Shown: piece by piece, positions 1 through 8,356 of the stretch
Numbering within the stretch: position 1 is the stretch's first letter
Layout of the letters: the number at the start of each line of letters is the position of its first letter
DNA from: Dehalococcoidia bacterium
GTDB taxonomy: Bacteria; Chloroflexota; Dehalococcoidia; Dehalococcoidales; RBG-16-60-22
Direction of reading: 5' to 3'
Assembly: GCA_011174815.1 (NCBI GenBank)
Contig: DUFF01000023.1
Location: forward strand, 368-64,367
Length of the DNA: 64,000 nucleotides
The notes under the pieces: model-generated
What the model saw: only the letters and a program-made list of their open reading frames with translations
What the model was told of the DNA's origin: nothing
The model's database searches: none
Program-made: the position numbers and the translations under genes

Positions 1-253
1 GGGGGGAATCTCCGGAAACAGGCTGAAGCAGCTCAATGCCTATTGGCCCCAGATTTGTCGCCGCTACTACGTTTTTGATATCGGAGGGGGCAGGTTTGCC
101 GTAAAGCTTCCTGTCGATATGAACCATGTTAGAGGGTTCAAATGGCCCTATACCCAGGGCTTCATAATATTTAATAGCCCTGTCCATATCTCTGACAATT
201 ATCGAAATGTGGTGGAATTTTGAGAGTATCTCCCCGATTGTTTTATTCTTCAC
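1..253 (-). CDS. VOC-family (glyoxalase/bleomycin-resistance/dioxygenase fold) protein, N-terminal part; the gene runs off the window edge
   Basis: Not in the ORF track because it is truncated. My translation of the minus strand from GTG at 253-251 gives VKNKTIGEILSKFHHISIIVRDMDRAIKYYEALGIGPFEPSNMVHIDRKLYGKPAPSDIKNVVAATNLGPIGIELLQPVSGDSP. The HHISIIVRDMDRAIKYY opening is typical of VOC domains. An AGGAGG Shine-Dalgarno lies about 5 nt upstream (about 260-267). Confidence 0.55.
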   Translation of the reverse strand, partial: MKNKTIGEILSKFHHISIIVRDMDRAIKYYEALGIGPFEPSNMVHIDRKLYGKPAPSDIKNVVAATNLGPIGIELLQPVSGDSP

Positions 254-282
254 GTTAACTCCTCCTAAACCGAAATATTGAA

Positions 283-1245
283 TTAGATTGAAGGCAAGCC
301 ATGTTCCTTCCTGGTCAAGTTTATGGTCTCCTTTATGCCTCGCTCCATAGACCACTGAGGCCTATAGCCGATTTCCTCCTCGATGAGCCTGGTATCGAAT
401 TTAACCGGGTCCCCGGTGAAACCTCCAGGCGATACGGCAATGTCAGCGTCGGGAAGGAGCGTCCTGACGTAATCAACCGCTTCTTTCACCGAGTGGACAT
501 CTCCCATGATGGAATAAGACTTTGTCTTTGTCTTAAGCACTTTGCTCGCCATAACCGTGGCTCTGGCCGGGTCGTCCACATAACTCCAGCCTATGATGGC
601 ATCACCATGAGGGACTCTACCCGGTTTCCCCAGCGCTGGATTTACCATGAGCTCCTGAAGGATGGTGGCAAAGAACCCCCGGCGCACGCCGGCACCATAC
701 ACATGCATATACCTTATCCCCGTGATATCCACACCATAGTGGTCGATATAGTAAGCGGCTACTACTTCATTGAAAGCCTTGGTGCCCGCGTATACGTTTT
801 GCGGATAGTGGGGGGCATCATTGGGGATATACTCCTCGGGATACATCTCCTGCGGCCCGAAGCAGGCGTTGGAGCTGGCATAAACCACTTTTTTCAGCCC
901 CAGAGTCCTTGCCGCTTCGAAAACGTTGATTGTCCCCTCGCAATTAACCCTTACCGCCATTAAAGGGTTTGAATTTGAATCGAGGACTAGAAGAGAGGCC
1001 GTATGGATGACCTTCTCTACGTTATTTTCCTTGATAGTACGGAAGAGGTGAGGAGCATCAGTTATTTCACCCTGAACGATTTTTACCCTGCTTCCTATTT
1101 CCTCTTCGCTCATCAGCCGCTCCATGGCACTTCTGGCCGGAAGAAAGTCATAGACTACTACTTGTTCACCTTCACGAATCAGGTCACGAACAATGCGTGA
1201 GCCTATTAGACCCGTGCCACCAGTAACTAAGTAAGTCATATCCAT
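283..1245 (-). CDS. NAD-dependent epimerase/dehydratase (extended SDR family)
   Basis: ORF 283..1269. It has the N-terminal Rossmann motif LVTGGTGLIGSRIV and a YAGTK catalytic Y-x3-K. GAGGGGGA precedes ATG-GAT-ATG, so the start is most likely 1245 or 1239 rather than 1269. Confidence 0.8.
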   Translation of the reverse strand: MDMTYLVTGGTGLIGSRIVRDLIREGEQVVVYDFLPARSAMERLMSEEEIGSRVKIVQGEITDAPHLFRTIKENNVEKVIHTASLLVLDSNSNPLMAVRVNCEGTINVFEAARTLGLKKVVYASSNACFGPQEMYPEEYIPNDAPHYPQNVYAGTKAFNEVVAAYYIDHYGVDITGIRYMHVYGAGVRRGFFATILQELMVNPALGKPGRVPHGDAIIGWSYVDDPARATVMASKVLKTKTKSYSIMGDVHSVKEAVDYVRTLLPDADIAVSPGGFTGDPVKFDTRLIEEEIGYRPQWSMERGIKETINLTRKEHGLPSI

Positions 1246-1470
1246 TCCCCCTCTCTTATGTTTTACCACATAAAAGATACCCGAAATGCTTGTTTAATAT
1301 CTCTTACTTAATCATTTGGCTAGGAAGCCAAACCACAGCATATCAGTGTGAGTTAATTATAGCTAGGTGTTGCCGTTTGTCAACAACTCCAGTAAACCGG
1401 TATAGTTCGAGACCGGTTGGGCACACTTCCGGGACGGCAAGATAGACGATTAGTGTTCGTATTTCTGGGG

Positions 1471-2226
1471 CTATGGGAAAAGGCCCAGGCCTGAAATGAT
1501 ACCCAGTAATCCGGCACAGATGACGATAGCCACCGAAAGAGCTCTAAAGAAGCGGGCATTCACCCGGTGAAACACAATCATTCCCAGACCTGTGCCCGCT
1601 AATAAGGCTGGCGCCAGCGACGCCGCAGTGACAACCGCTTCTGCTTTTACTTGGCCGAATAACGAAAGTGCCCCCAGGGAGCAGCTGCCAAGAAAAAGAA
1701 AATAACCGGCGAGACTGGGATGAATTATCTCCTTGGACCAGTTCTGGCCGTGCATGAGTAAGACAACCGGTGGGCCTCCAAGGCTGGTTGAGCTCGATAG
1801 TATGCCACTGAAGAAGCCGGCTATGCCGGAAGATATTCTTTCACCGGCAAAGGTTTTACGGAAACCGGAGGCCACCAGCACCGCAAAGCAAACGATGACC
1901 GCGCCGATAAATATCTTCAGAATAGATGCCGCCACCACACTGATAATCCAGACACCCAGAGGAATGCCCAGCAGGCTGCTCAGCGCCATAGGGAGAATTC
2001 GCTTAAAATCAATCCTAGCAAAGGAATGAATCACGACCACAATATTGCTAAGTAAACTGAGAAACAAATTGATAACCACCACAGCGGCGGGATTTAAGAT
2101 CAGGAGCAAAATCGGCGCCAGAATCAGCGCAAAGCCGAATCCGGCCAGACCTCGGATAAAAGCAGCAAATAAAACGGCACACAGGGCAAGAATCCAGATG
2201 GGGCTAAATATTTCCAGGTTCTGCAC
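1471..2226 (-). CDS. TSUP-family membrane transporter (TauE/SafE sulfite/anion exporter-like)
   Basis: The 251-aa protein is very hydrophobic and polytopic, with glycine-rich helices (GLAGFGFALILAPILL and GGPPVVLL) typical of the TauE/SafE family. Confidence 0.7.
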   Translation of the reverse strand: MQNLEIFSPIWILALCAVLFAAFIRGLAGFGFALILAPILLLILNPAAVVVINLFLSLLSNIVVVIHSFARIDFKRILPMALSSLLGIPLGVWIISVVAASILKIFIGAVIVCFAVLVASGFRKTFAGERISSGIAGFFSGILSSSTSLGGPPVVLLMHGQNWSKEIIHPSLAGYFLFLGSCSLGALSLFGQVKAEAVVTAASLAPALLAGTGLGMIVFHRVNARFFRALSVAIVICAGLLGIISGLGLFP

Positions 2227-2868
2227 GATGCTATCCAGCGACCGCGTGGTAGATTGGTCTGACTATGTGGATTTTACGTCAGTACTTACCAAATTTACAA
2301 ATTCCAATGACGATAGAGACCATTAGTAGCTGAAGCTAGATGACTAGTTTGAAGGTTAAACTAAAAATTCTTTGTTCCGTCCACTTAGCTCCATCTGAGG
2401 GGACGATACCCAGAACTTCTTCGGTCTTCGATTAATAGAGTTTTTCAATAACCTTCCCCACACGCTAGCCTTTTGGCTAGGAAAAAGGCTCCATTTCGGA
2501 AATGGGTCAGAATCTCTTCAGATGGATGGCGTATGGAACTTTTTTTGTTTTATGATTTATATTAAATTAAAATAGTTTAATTTAATAAGAAACGGTGTGA
2601 TGTAAAAAGTGAAAAAGGTGACTACTTTTATTGGAACTCAGACCAAGAAGGCTACTTATCAGGCAGTGCAAGAATTTGAGAAGAATTTGCGGGATATTTG
2701 TTTGATTTCATAGGGCGGCAGATGGTTAAGCATAAATAAGACGGTTAATTAAGTTACCTGATTTCCAATTGATTTTCAACTAGCGGCCGCTAAGTTCGAT
2801 GAACAAAGTTGATAAAAGAAAGATCTAAGAGAAAGAACACGAACTCTTGAATGGGAGGTTTCTTGAAA

Positions 2869-3330
2869 ATGAAAGGAATAGTTGTTTATGACACTTCCTA
2901 CGGGAATACCAAGACAATCGCAGAAACAATTTCAGAGACGTTGAAAGAGTCTGGAATAGAAGTCGATGCCTTCTACGTAAAGGACGTAAAGAAGCTAAGC
3001 GCAAAGGACTATAATTTCTTGGTTCTAGGTTCTCCAACCAAATTTGGCACAATGAGCTTTACAGTCAAAGGTTTTTTAGGTAAGGTGAAGAGTAAAGAAT
3101 GGATGAACAAGCCTTTCGCAGCCTTCGACACTGAAAATCCTGAGAATATTGAGAGGAATGAAGGCAGTGCTGCCGAAAAGATTGCTGAAAAGCTCAGAGA
3201 GAAGCAGATGAACCAACTGCTACCAGTTCTGAAAGCCGTTGTGTTGGGGTGGAAGGGACCGCTTCAAGAAGGAGAAATCGAGCGGGCAAAAGAGTATGCA
3301 GGGAGACTCGCCACTGAATTGAAAAGGTAA
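2869..3330 (+). CDS. flavodoxin-like domain protein
   Basis: ORF 2851..3330. GGGAGG at 2853-2858 favours the ATG at 2869. MKGIVVYDTSYGNTKTIAE matches the flavodoxin FMN phosphate-binding loop (S/T-x-x-G-N-T). Confidence 0.75.
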   Translation: MKGIVVYDTSYGNTKTIAETISETLKESGIEVDAFYVKDVKKLSAKDYNFLVLGSPTKFGTMSFTVKGFLGKVKSKEWMNKPFAAFDTENPENIERNEGSAAEKIAEKLREKQMNQLLPVLKAVVLGWKGPLQEGEIERAKEYAGRLATELKR

Positions 3331-3497
3331 AAAACTTTACAAACATCGCTGACCAGAAATTAGCTCCCAAATTGAATTAGGGATATTTTGGCTATCCATC
3401 CCCCAGTTTGAAGCTAAGTTCGAAGGTTTTGGTTCCACTATCGTACAGTACCGTCCACCATACCGTCTAGAATTAAATACTAGCTTAGGAGAGTCTC

Positions 3498-3935
3498 ATG
3501 GATAAAGATAAGTTTACCGGCGCCTGGAAACTCATCTCGACGGATTACCGGAGCGAAGGAGGTGAGGTAATTTATCCGTTTGGACAGGAGGTCATCGGGT
3601 TGCTGATGTATGACGGCAAACGGCACATGGCGGCGCAAGTTATCAAGGCCAAGCGTCCCAACTTTGCTTCTGGTGACTGGCTTAAAGGAACACCCGAAGA
3701 GATAAAAGCAGCCTTTGAGGGCTACCGGTGTTATTTCGGCACTTACGACGTGGATGAAGAGAAGAAGATTGTGACGCATCACGTTGAGGGAAGCAGCTTC
3801 CCGAACTGGATGACAGAAGGAGTGGAGCACGTCCGCTACTACGAGTTCTCTGGAAACCGCCTGACACTCCGCACTGCGCCGCTTTTGATGGGCGGCAAAA
3901 AGGTGATCGGCAGACTGGTCTGGGAGTACCTCTGA
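3498..3935 (+). CDS. lipocalin-like domain protein (function unknown)
   Basis: AGGAG lies 6 nt upstream of the ATG. The FTGAWKLIS...YPFG..V.G.L.Y....M..Q pattern is typical of the bacterial lipocalin-like domain family. I preferred this ORF over the antisense ORF 3480..3947. Confidence 0.6.
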   Translation: MDKDKFTGAWKLISTDYRSEGGEVIYPFGQEVIGLLMYDGKRHMAAQVIKAKRPNFASGDWLKGTPEEIKAAFEGYRCYFGTYDVDEEKKIVTHHVEGSSFPNWMTEGVEHVRYYEFSGNRLTLRTAPLLMGGKKVIGRLVWEYL

Positions 3936-3948
3936 CTCCCGTTTCACA

Positions 3949-5670
3949 TCACACAGATTCGTCGGGGTTGAACTCGGCGATTTCTTCGTCCTTGCGTACC
4001 AAGGCCAGGATGCGCCTCCGGTCTTCCTTCTCCAGGCCGATTATGTTCAGCAATCTCTTGATGAACCTGAAACTTGCCTCGTATTCGGGGCTGACCAGTT
4101 CGTTAACCCCCAGTCTCCTGAGTATGTCTGCCTCGCGTGCACGGTGCACCCGTGCCAGAATCTTGAGCCCGGGATTGATACCTAATGCGGTCTTGGCCGT
4201 GGTCACCACCGCCATCGGGTCGGGATAGGTTATGACCAGCGCCCGGGCCTTGTCCAGGCCTGCCCTCTCAAGCACGTTGACATTGGTGGCATCGCCATAC
4301 ATGCGCGGCCTGCCGATCGCCTTTGCCTCGGCAACACGTTCCGGGTCAATGTCAACGACAAGGTAAGGGATTTTAGCGTCCTGTAAACCCTGGGCAATGT
4401 TTTGCCCAACCCGGCCATAACCGGCTACCACCACCCGGCTCGGCACCTCCGGTTGCTCTAAAGCTGGTGCCGTCTCTTTGACCACCAATCTTTTACCGCC
4501 CGCTTTCGAGGCCAGCCTACGAAAGAGCCATGACGCGAGGCTTATGGAAACCGGCGTCAGCAGCATGGTGATGATGGCTCCGGCCAGAATCAGGGAATAT
4601 AGCTGGTCGGATATGATGGCCATATTTACACCACCCTGCGCCAAGATGAAGCCAAACTCGCCGATTTGAAAAAGGCCGGCGCCGGTCAGAAGGGCTATCC
4701 TTGCGCTGTAGCCGAAGATTCGAACCACGCCGAAAACAACCAGCAACTTCAGCAATATAATGACAGCCACCAGCAACAATACCGATGCCCAGTTGTCAAC
4801 AAGGAACCGCGGGGCCAGCAGCATGCCCAGCGAGACAAAGAAAAGGGCGGCGAAGATATCCCGCAGGGGTGTTATCTCTGCCAGCGCCTGGTGCACAAAC
4901 CTCGTTTCCCGCAGCACCAGTCCCACCAGGAAAGCGCCGAATACCACGGAAAGGCCAAAAATGTGGGTCCCGATGGCGGCGCCCAAGCACATGACTAAAA
5001 CGGTGAGCAGAAATAGCTCGCGAATCCGAACGCCGCCAACCCTGCCCATCAGCCAGGGGAGCACCCATCTGCCGGCCACAATGGCGATGCCGATAAAAAA
5101 GATGGCCTTCCCGACGGCGATGGCCAGAGCCAGGGGCAGGCTTGTCGCCACGCCCCCCAGAAGCGGCAGGACCACCATCATCACCACCACGCTGATATCC
5201 TGAAAAATAAGAATGGCGAGCATGATGCGTCCCTGAACCGAAGACAGCTCGCCTCTTTCCATCAATATCTTCAGACATACTGATGTGCTGCTGAGCGAGA
5301 TAATCAGTCCAAACAGGACTGCCTGAGGTATAGCCCACTTGAACAAAGCGATGCCCACCACCAGCCCCAGACCAAAGGTAACCAATACCTGTGCCATGCC
5401 ACCCCACAGCCCCACCCGGCCGACCTGCCTTAGCTGGGCGATGGAAATCTCCAGGCCGAGGGTAAACATGAGGAGGGCAACGCCCATAGTGGCCACCGCC
5501 TCAACCAGTTCCAGATCATTAACCAGCCCCAGGGCATGTGGGCCGACCGCCACGCCGATTACCAGGTAGCCCAGTATGACCGGCTGGCGCAGACGGTGGG
5601 CTATCATGCCCCCGACCAGAGCGGCGGTCAGCAGAATAGCAAGGGTGACTACCTGACTCAGCTGTTCCAT
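3949..5670 (-). CDS. monovalent cation:proton antiporter-2 (CPA2, Kef/YbaL-type) with C-terminal TrkA-N/RCK domain
   Basis: 573 aa. The N-terminal ~390 aa form a polytopic Na/H-exchanger-like domain. The C-terminal Rossmann segment VVVAGYGRVGQNIAQGLQDAKIPYLVVDIDPERV matches TrkA-N. Confidence 0.85.
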   Translation of the reverse strand: MEQLSQVVTLAILLTAALVGGMIAHRLRQPVILGYLVIGVAVGPHALGLVNDLELVEAVATMGVALLMFTLGLEISIAQLRQVGRVGLWGGMAQVLVTFGLGLVVGIALFKWAIPQAVLFGLIISLSSTSVCLKILMERGELSSVQGRIMLAILIFQDISVVVMMVVLPLLGGVATSLPLALAIAVGKAIFFIGIAIVAGRWVLPWLMGRVGGVRIRELFLLTVLVMCLGAAIGTHIFGLSVVFGAFLVGLVLRETRFVHQALAEITPLRDIFAALFFVSLGMLLAPRFLVDNWASVLLLVAVIILLKLLVVFGVVRIFGYSARIALLTGAGLFQIGEFGFILAQGGVNMAIISDQLYSLILAGAIITMLLTPVSISLASWLFRRLASKAGGKRLVVKETAPALEQPEVPSRVVVAGYGRVGQNIAQGLQDAKIPYLVVDIDPERVAEAKAIGRPRMYGDATNVNVLERAGLDKARALVITYPDPMAVVTTAKTALGINPGLKILARVHRAREADILRRLGVNELVSPEYEASFRFIKRLLNIIGLEKEDRRRILALVRKDEEIAEFNPDESV

Positions 5671-5773
5671 CTGTCCTGCCAGAGCAAAATTTACTGATTT
5701 ATTCTATCACAAGGGCTGCCTGTATACGAAAACTCCCGGCCACTGACATTACGCTGCGTCTAAAGATTTATTA

Positions 5774-5816
5774 TTGACAAAGCAAGCGTCATTCATTATA
5801 ATTGCAATAATTGTAA
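5774..5816 (+). promoter_or_regulatory. consensus sigma70-type promoter (TTGACA-17 nt-TATAAT) followed by an imperfect palindrome; candidate iclR promoter and operator
   Basis: TTGACA is at 5774-5779 and TATAAT at 5797-5802, with a 17-nt spacer. TTGCAAT-A-ATTGTAA at 5802-5816 is an inverted repeat with one mismatch overlapping the -10/start region. It lies 26 nt upstream of the iclR ATG. Confidence 0.45.
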
Positions 5817-5841
5817 TATATTTTCATTATTTGAAATTATT

Positions 5842-6594
5842 ATGAAGACCATCCAAAAGGCCCTTGACATCTTGGAATTGTTTCTGGACAGAGATGATGA
5901 GATTGGCCTCGCCGAGATTGCCAGCCTGACCGGCTTGAATGTCAGCACCGCCCACCGGATTGTGGCTACCCTGATGAAAAGGGGTTACCTGAACCAGCGG
6001 CAGAAAAGGCAAAAGTATTCCCTGAGCACCAAATTGCTGCAGTTCAGTCACGTGCTGAGCAAGCGGATGAAAATACGCGACTTAGCCTTCCCTATTCTGG
6101 ATGGCCTCAATAAGATGGTCAGTGAATCGGTTAATATCGCCATTCTGGATCAGAACGAGGCTGTTTACATTGAGCATATCGAGTCCAACCAAAACTTGCG
6201 CATGTTTACCCAGGTTGGCAATCGGGTGCCGCTGCACAGTACCGGGGTCGGCAAGGTATTTCTGGCTCACATGAATGACGAGCAACTGGAGGATTTTCTG
6301 AATGGCAAACCTCTCCCCTCCTATACTAAAAACACCATAACCGACGTAGATAAATTAAAACACGAACTGATTATTATCAGTGAGGAAGGTGTCGGTATCG
6401 ATGACGAGGAGAGGGAAATCGGTGTCAAATGCATTGCTTCGCCGATCAAGAACAGCAATGGAGGTGTGGTTGCCGCCATCAGTGTCTCCGGCCCCTCGGC
6501 TCGCCTTTCCAACAAAAGGGTACAGGAGATAAAACCACTGATAAAAAGCTGCGCGCTGGAAATCTCCCGCGCAATGGGATACCAGGGAGAATAG
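5842..6594 (+). CDS. IclR-family transcriptional regulator
   Basis: The N-terminal winged HTH (ALDILELFLDRDDEIGLAEIASLTGLNVSTAHRIVATLMKRGYL) and the C-terminal effector domain (GVGKVFLAH, AISVSGPSARL) are textbook IclR architecture. Confidence 0.9.
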   Translation: MKTIQKALDILELFLDRDDEIGLAEIASLTGLNVSTAHRIVATLMKRGYLNQRQKRQKYSLSTKLLQFSHVLSKRMKIRDLAFPILDGLNKMVSESVNIAILDQNEAVYIEHIESNQNLRMFTQVGNRVPLHSTGVGKVFLAHMNDEQLEDFLNGKPLPSYTKNTITDVDKLKHELIIISEEGVGIDDEEREIGVKCIASPIKNSNGGVVAAISVSGPSARLSNKRVQEIKPLIKSCALEISRAMGYQGE

Positions 6595-6639
6595 CGCCAG
6601 CTGATACTCCAGATAACCCGAGACAAAGGAGCTCATAAG

Positions 6640-8346
6640 ATGGCCAGAATGCAAGCCGCGGAAGCCATGGTGAAAATCCTGGAAGATGAAGGGGTGGAAG
6701 TTATTTTTGGCATACCGGGGGCAGGAATACTCCCGTTTTACAGCGCCCTGAGAAAGTCCGCTAAAATCAGGCATTTCCTGGCCCGTCACGAGGAAGGTGC
6801 CTCCCATGCTGCTGACGGCTATGCCCGTGCCAGCGGGAAGGTCGGCGTTTGCGTGGGGACGTCGGGGCCGGCCGGGACGAATATGGTTACCGGTCTGTAT
6901 GCCGCGCAGGTAGATTCCATCCCCCTCATTGCCATCACTGGCCAGGCGGTGATTGCCCAGCTTGGCAAGGAAGCCTTTCAGGCCGTGGATATCGCTGAAA
7001 TCGTCAGGCCGATAACCAAGAAGAGCTACTGCGTGAAGGAATCGGAACGGCTCCCCTATATCACCAGAGAAGCATTTCGAGTCGCCCGCGAGGGACGCCC
7101 GGGCCCGGTGCTCATCGACCTGCCGCTGGACGTGCAGCGCAAGGAAATCGAATATGACCCCACAACCGACTCTTCTCTGGAAATAAGAAGGCCGGCACCG
7201 GAGCAGTCAAAAATCAGCCAGGCACTGGAGATGGTACTCTCCGCAGAGAAGCCGCTGCTGCTACTCGGCGGCGGCGTGCTGAGGGCCGATGCCTGCGATG
7301 AGTTCGTGGCGCTGGCCGAATACTTGTCCCTTCCCGTGGTCACGTCCCTTATGGGCAAAGGAGGCATTGCCGCCAATCACCCCCTCTACGCCGGTCAGGT
7401 GGGCACTTCCTGCAATACCATCTTCGGTAACAGGACATTTCTGGACTCCGACCTGGTGCTGGGCATTGGCTGCCGCTTCTCCGACCGGCATACCGGCACC
7501 CTTGATGTCTACACCGGGAATAGAAAATTCATCCACATCGACATTGAACCCACCCAGATAGGGCGCATCATCCCGGCAGATTTGGGCATCGTTGCCGATG
7601 CCAAGCTGGCCCTTAACGCCCTGCTGGAAACGGCCAGAAAGATAACCCCACCCCTGGAGCCAGCGGGCAGGGTGCCCTTCATACCGGAAGAACGCGAAAA
7701 ATACCAGCGCCGGCTTGACTTCAACCAGGTGCCTATCAAGCCACAGCGGGTTTTCCAGGAAATCAACGAGTTCTTCAACGAGGACACCGTATTTGTCACC
7801 TGTATTGGCCTGAACCAGATATGGTCATCACAGTTCCAGCGGGTATTCCAGCCACGCCATTACCTCATTCCCGGCGGGGCCGGCCCACTGGGCTGGGACC
7901 TCCCCGCCGCCATTGGTGCCAAGGTGGCCCACCCGGAGAAAACGGTAGTGAACATCGTCGGCGACTACGGAATCGGGTTCTGCGGCGAGGAACTGGCCAT
8001 GGCGGTGATGTACCAGTTACCCCTCATTATCATCGTCATCAATAATGGCTATTTGAGCCTCATCCGCCAGCAGGAAAAACACCTTTACCAGATGAACTAC
8101 GAGGTCAATACTTGGTACGACGGGATGTACGTTGACTTCGTCAGGTTCGCCGAGGCTTATGGCGCCTACGGTCAGCGGGTGGAGAAGCCGGAGGAAATCA
8201 AACCGGCGCTGCAACGGGCGCTAGAGGCAAACTGGCCTTATATCATTGAGGTGATTGTAGACCGTGAAACCGATGCATCGATGGGAGCGAGTCTGGACAA
8301 GATAGTGGAATACGAGCCTCTGCCGGATATCGTTTCCGTTGCCTGA
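6640..8346 (+). CDS. thiamine-diphosphate-dependent enzyme of the acetolactate synthase / glyoxylate carboligase family (Gcl-like)
   Basis: 568 aa. FGIPGAGILPFYSAL...RHEEGASHAADGYARASGKVGVCVGTSGPAGTNMVTGLYAAQVDSIPLIAITGQ matches the ThDP pyrimidine-binding domain. The C-terminal GDYGIGF...NNGYLSLI is the ThDP-Mg motif. The N-terminus resembles E. coli Gcl as I remember it. Confidence 0.75.
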   Translation: MARMQAAEAMVKILEDEGVEVIFGIPGAGILPFYSALRKSAKIRHFLARHEEGASHAADGYARASGKVGVCVGTSGPAGTNMVTGLYAAQVDSIPLIAITGQAVIAQLGKEAFQAVDIAEIVRPITKKSYCVKESERLPYITREAFRVAREGRPGPVLIDLPLDVQRKEIEYDPTTDSSLEIRRPAPEQSKISQALEMVLSAEKPLLLLGGGVLRADACDEFVALAEYLSLPVVTSLMGKGGIAANHPLYAGQVGTSCNTIFGNRTFLDSDLVLGIGCRFSDRHTGTLDVYTGNRKFIHIDIEPTQIGRIIPADLGIVADAKLALNALLETARKITPPLEPAGRVPFIPEEREKYQRRLDFNQVPIKPQRVFQEINEFFNEDTVFVTCIGLNQIWSSQFQRVFQPRHYLIPGGAGPLGWDLPAAIGAKVAHPEKTVVNIVGDYGIGFCGEELAMAVMYQLPLIIIVINNGYLSLIRQQEKHLYQMNYEVNTWYDGMYVDFVRFAEAYGAYGQRVEKPEEIKPALQRALEANWPYIIEVIVDRETDASMGASLDKIVEYEPLPDIVSVA

Positions 8347-8356
8347 GCCGTCGTGC

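Noticed and set aside
301-963. There are many long ORFs in the track antisense to or overlapping well-supported genes. Examples are 301..963 (+), 9125..10114 (+), 11322..12098 (+), 16651..17652 (+), 20223..21287 (+), 26984..27760 (-), 27818..28453 (-) and 55699..56517 (-).
   Set aside because: They lie opposite genes with strong family motifs. They have Arg/Pro/Gly/Ala-rich low-complexity translations typical of antisense frames in GC-rich DNA, and they lack ribosome-binding sites and recognisable domains.
1315-2483. The 12-nt sequence TTTGGCTAGGAA occurs on both sides of the TauE/SafE gene (1315-1326 and 2472-2483). I considered it as att or MITE ends.
   Set aside because: It is too short. 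Each copy is part of a different local hairpin (TTTGGCT-AGGA-AGCCAAA versus AGCCTTTT-GGCTAGGA-AAAAGGCT). The gene between them has backbone-like composition and no mobility genes.
3480-3947. A 155-aa minus-strand ORF competes with the lipocalin-like gene.
   Set aside because: The plus-strand ORF has an AGGAG RBS and a recognisable domain pattern. The minus-strand translation is featureless and overlaps it almost completely.
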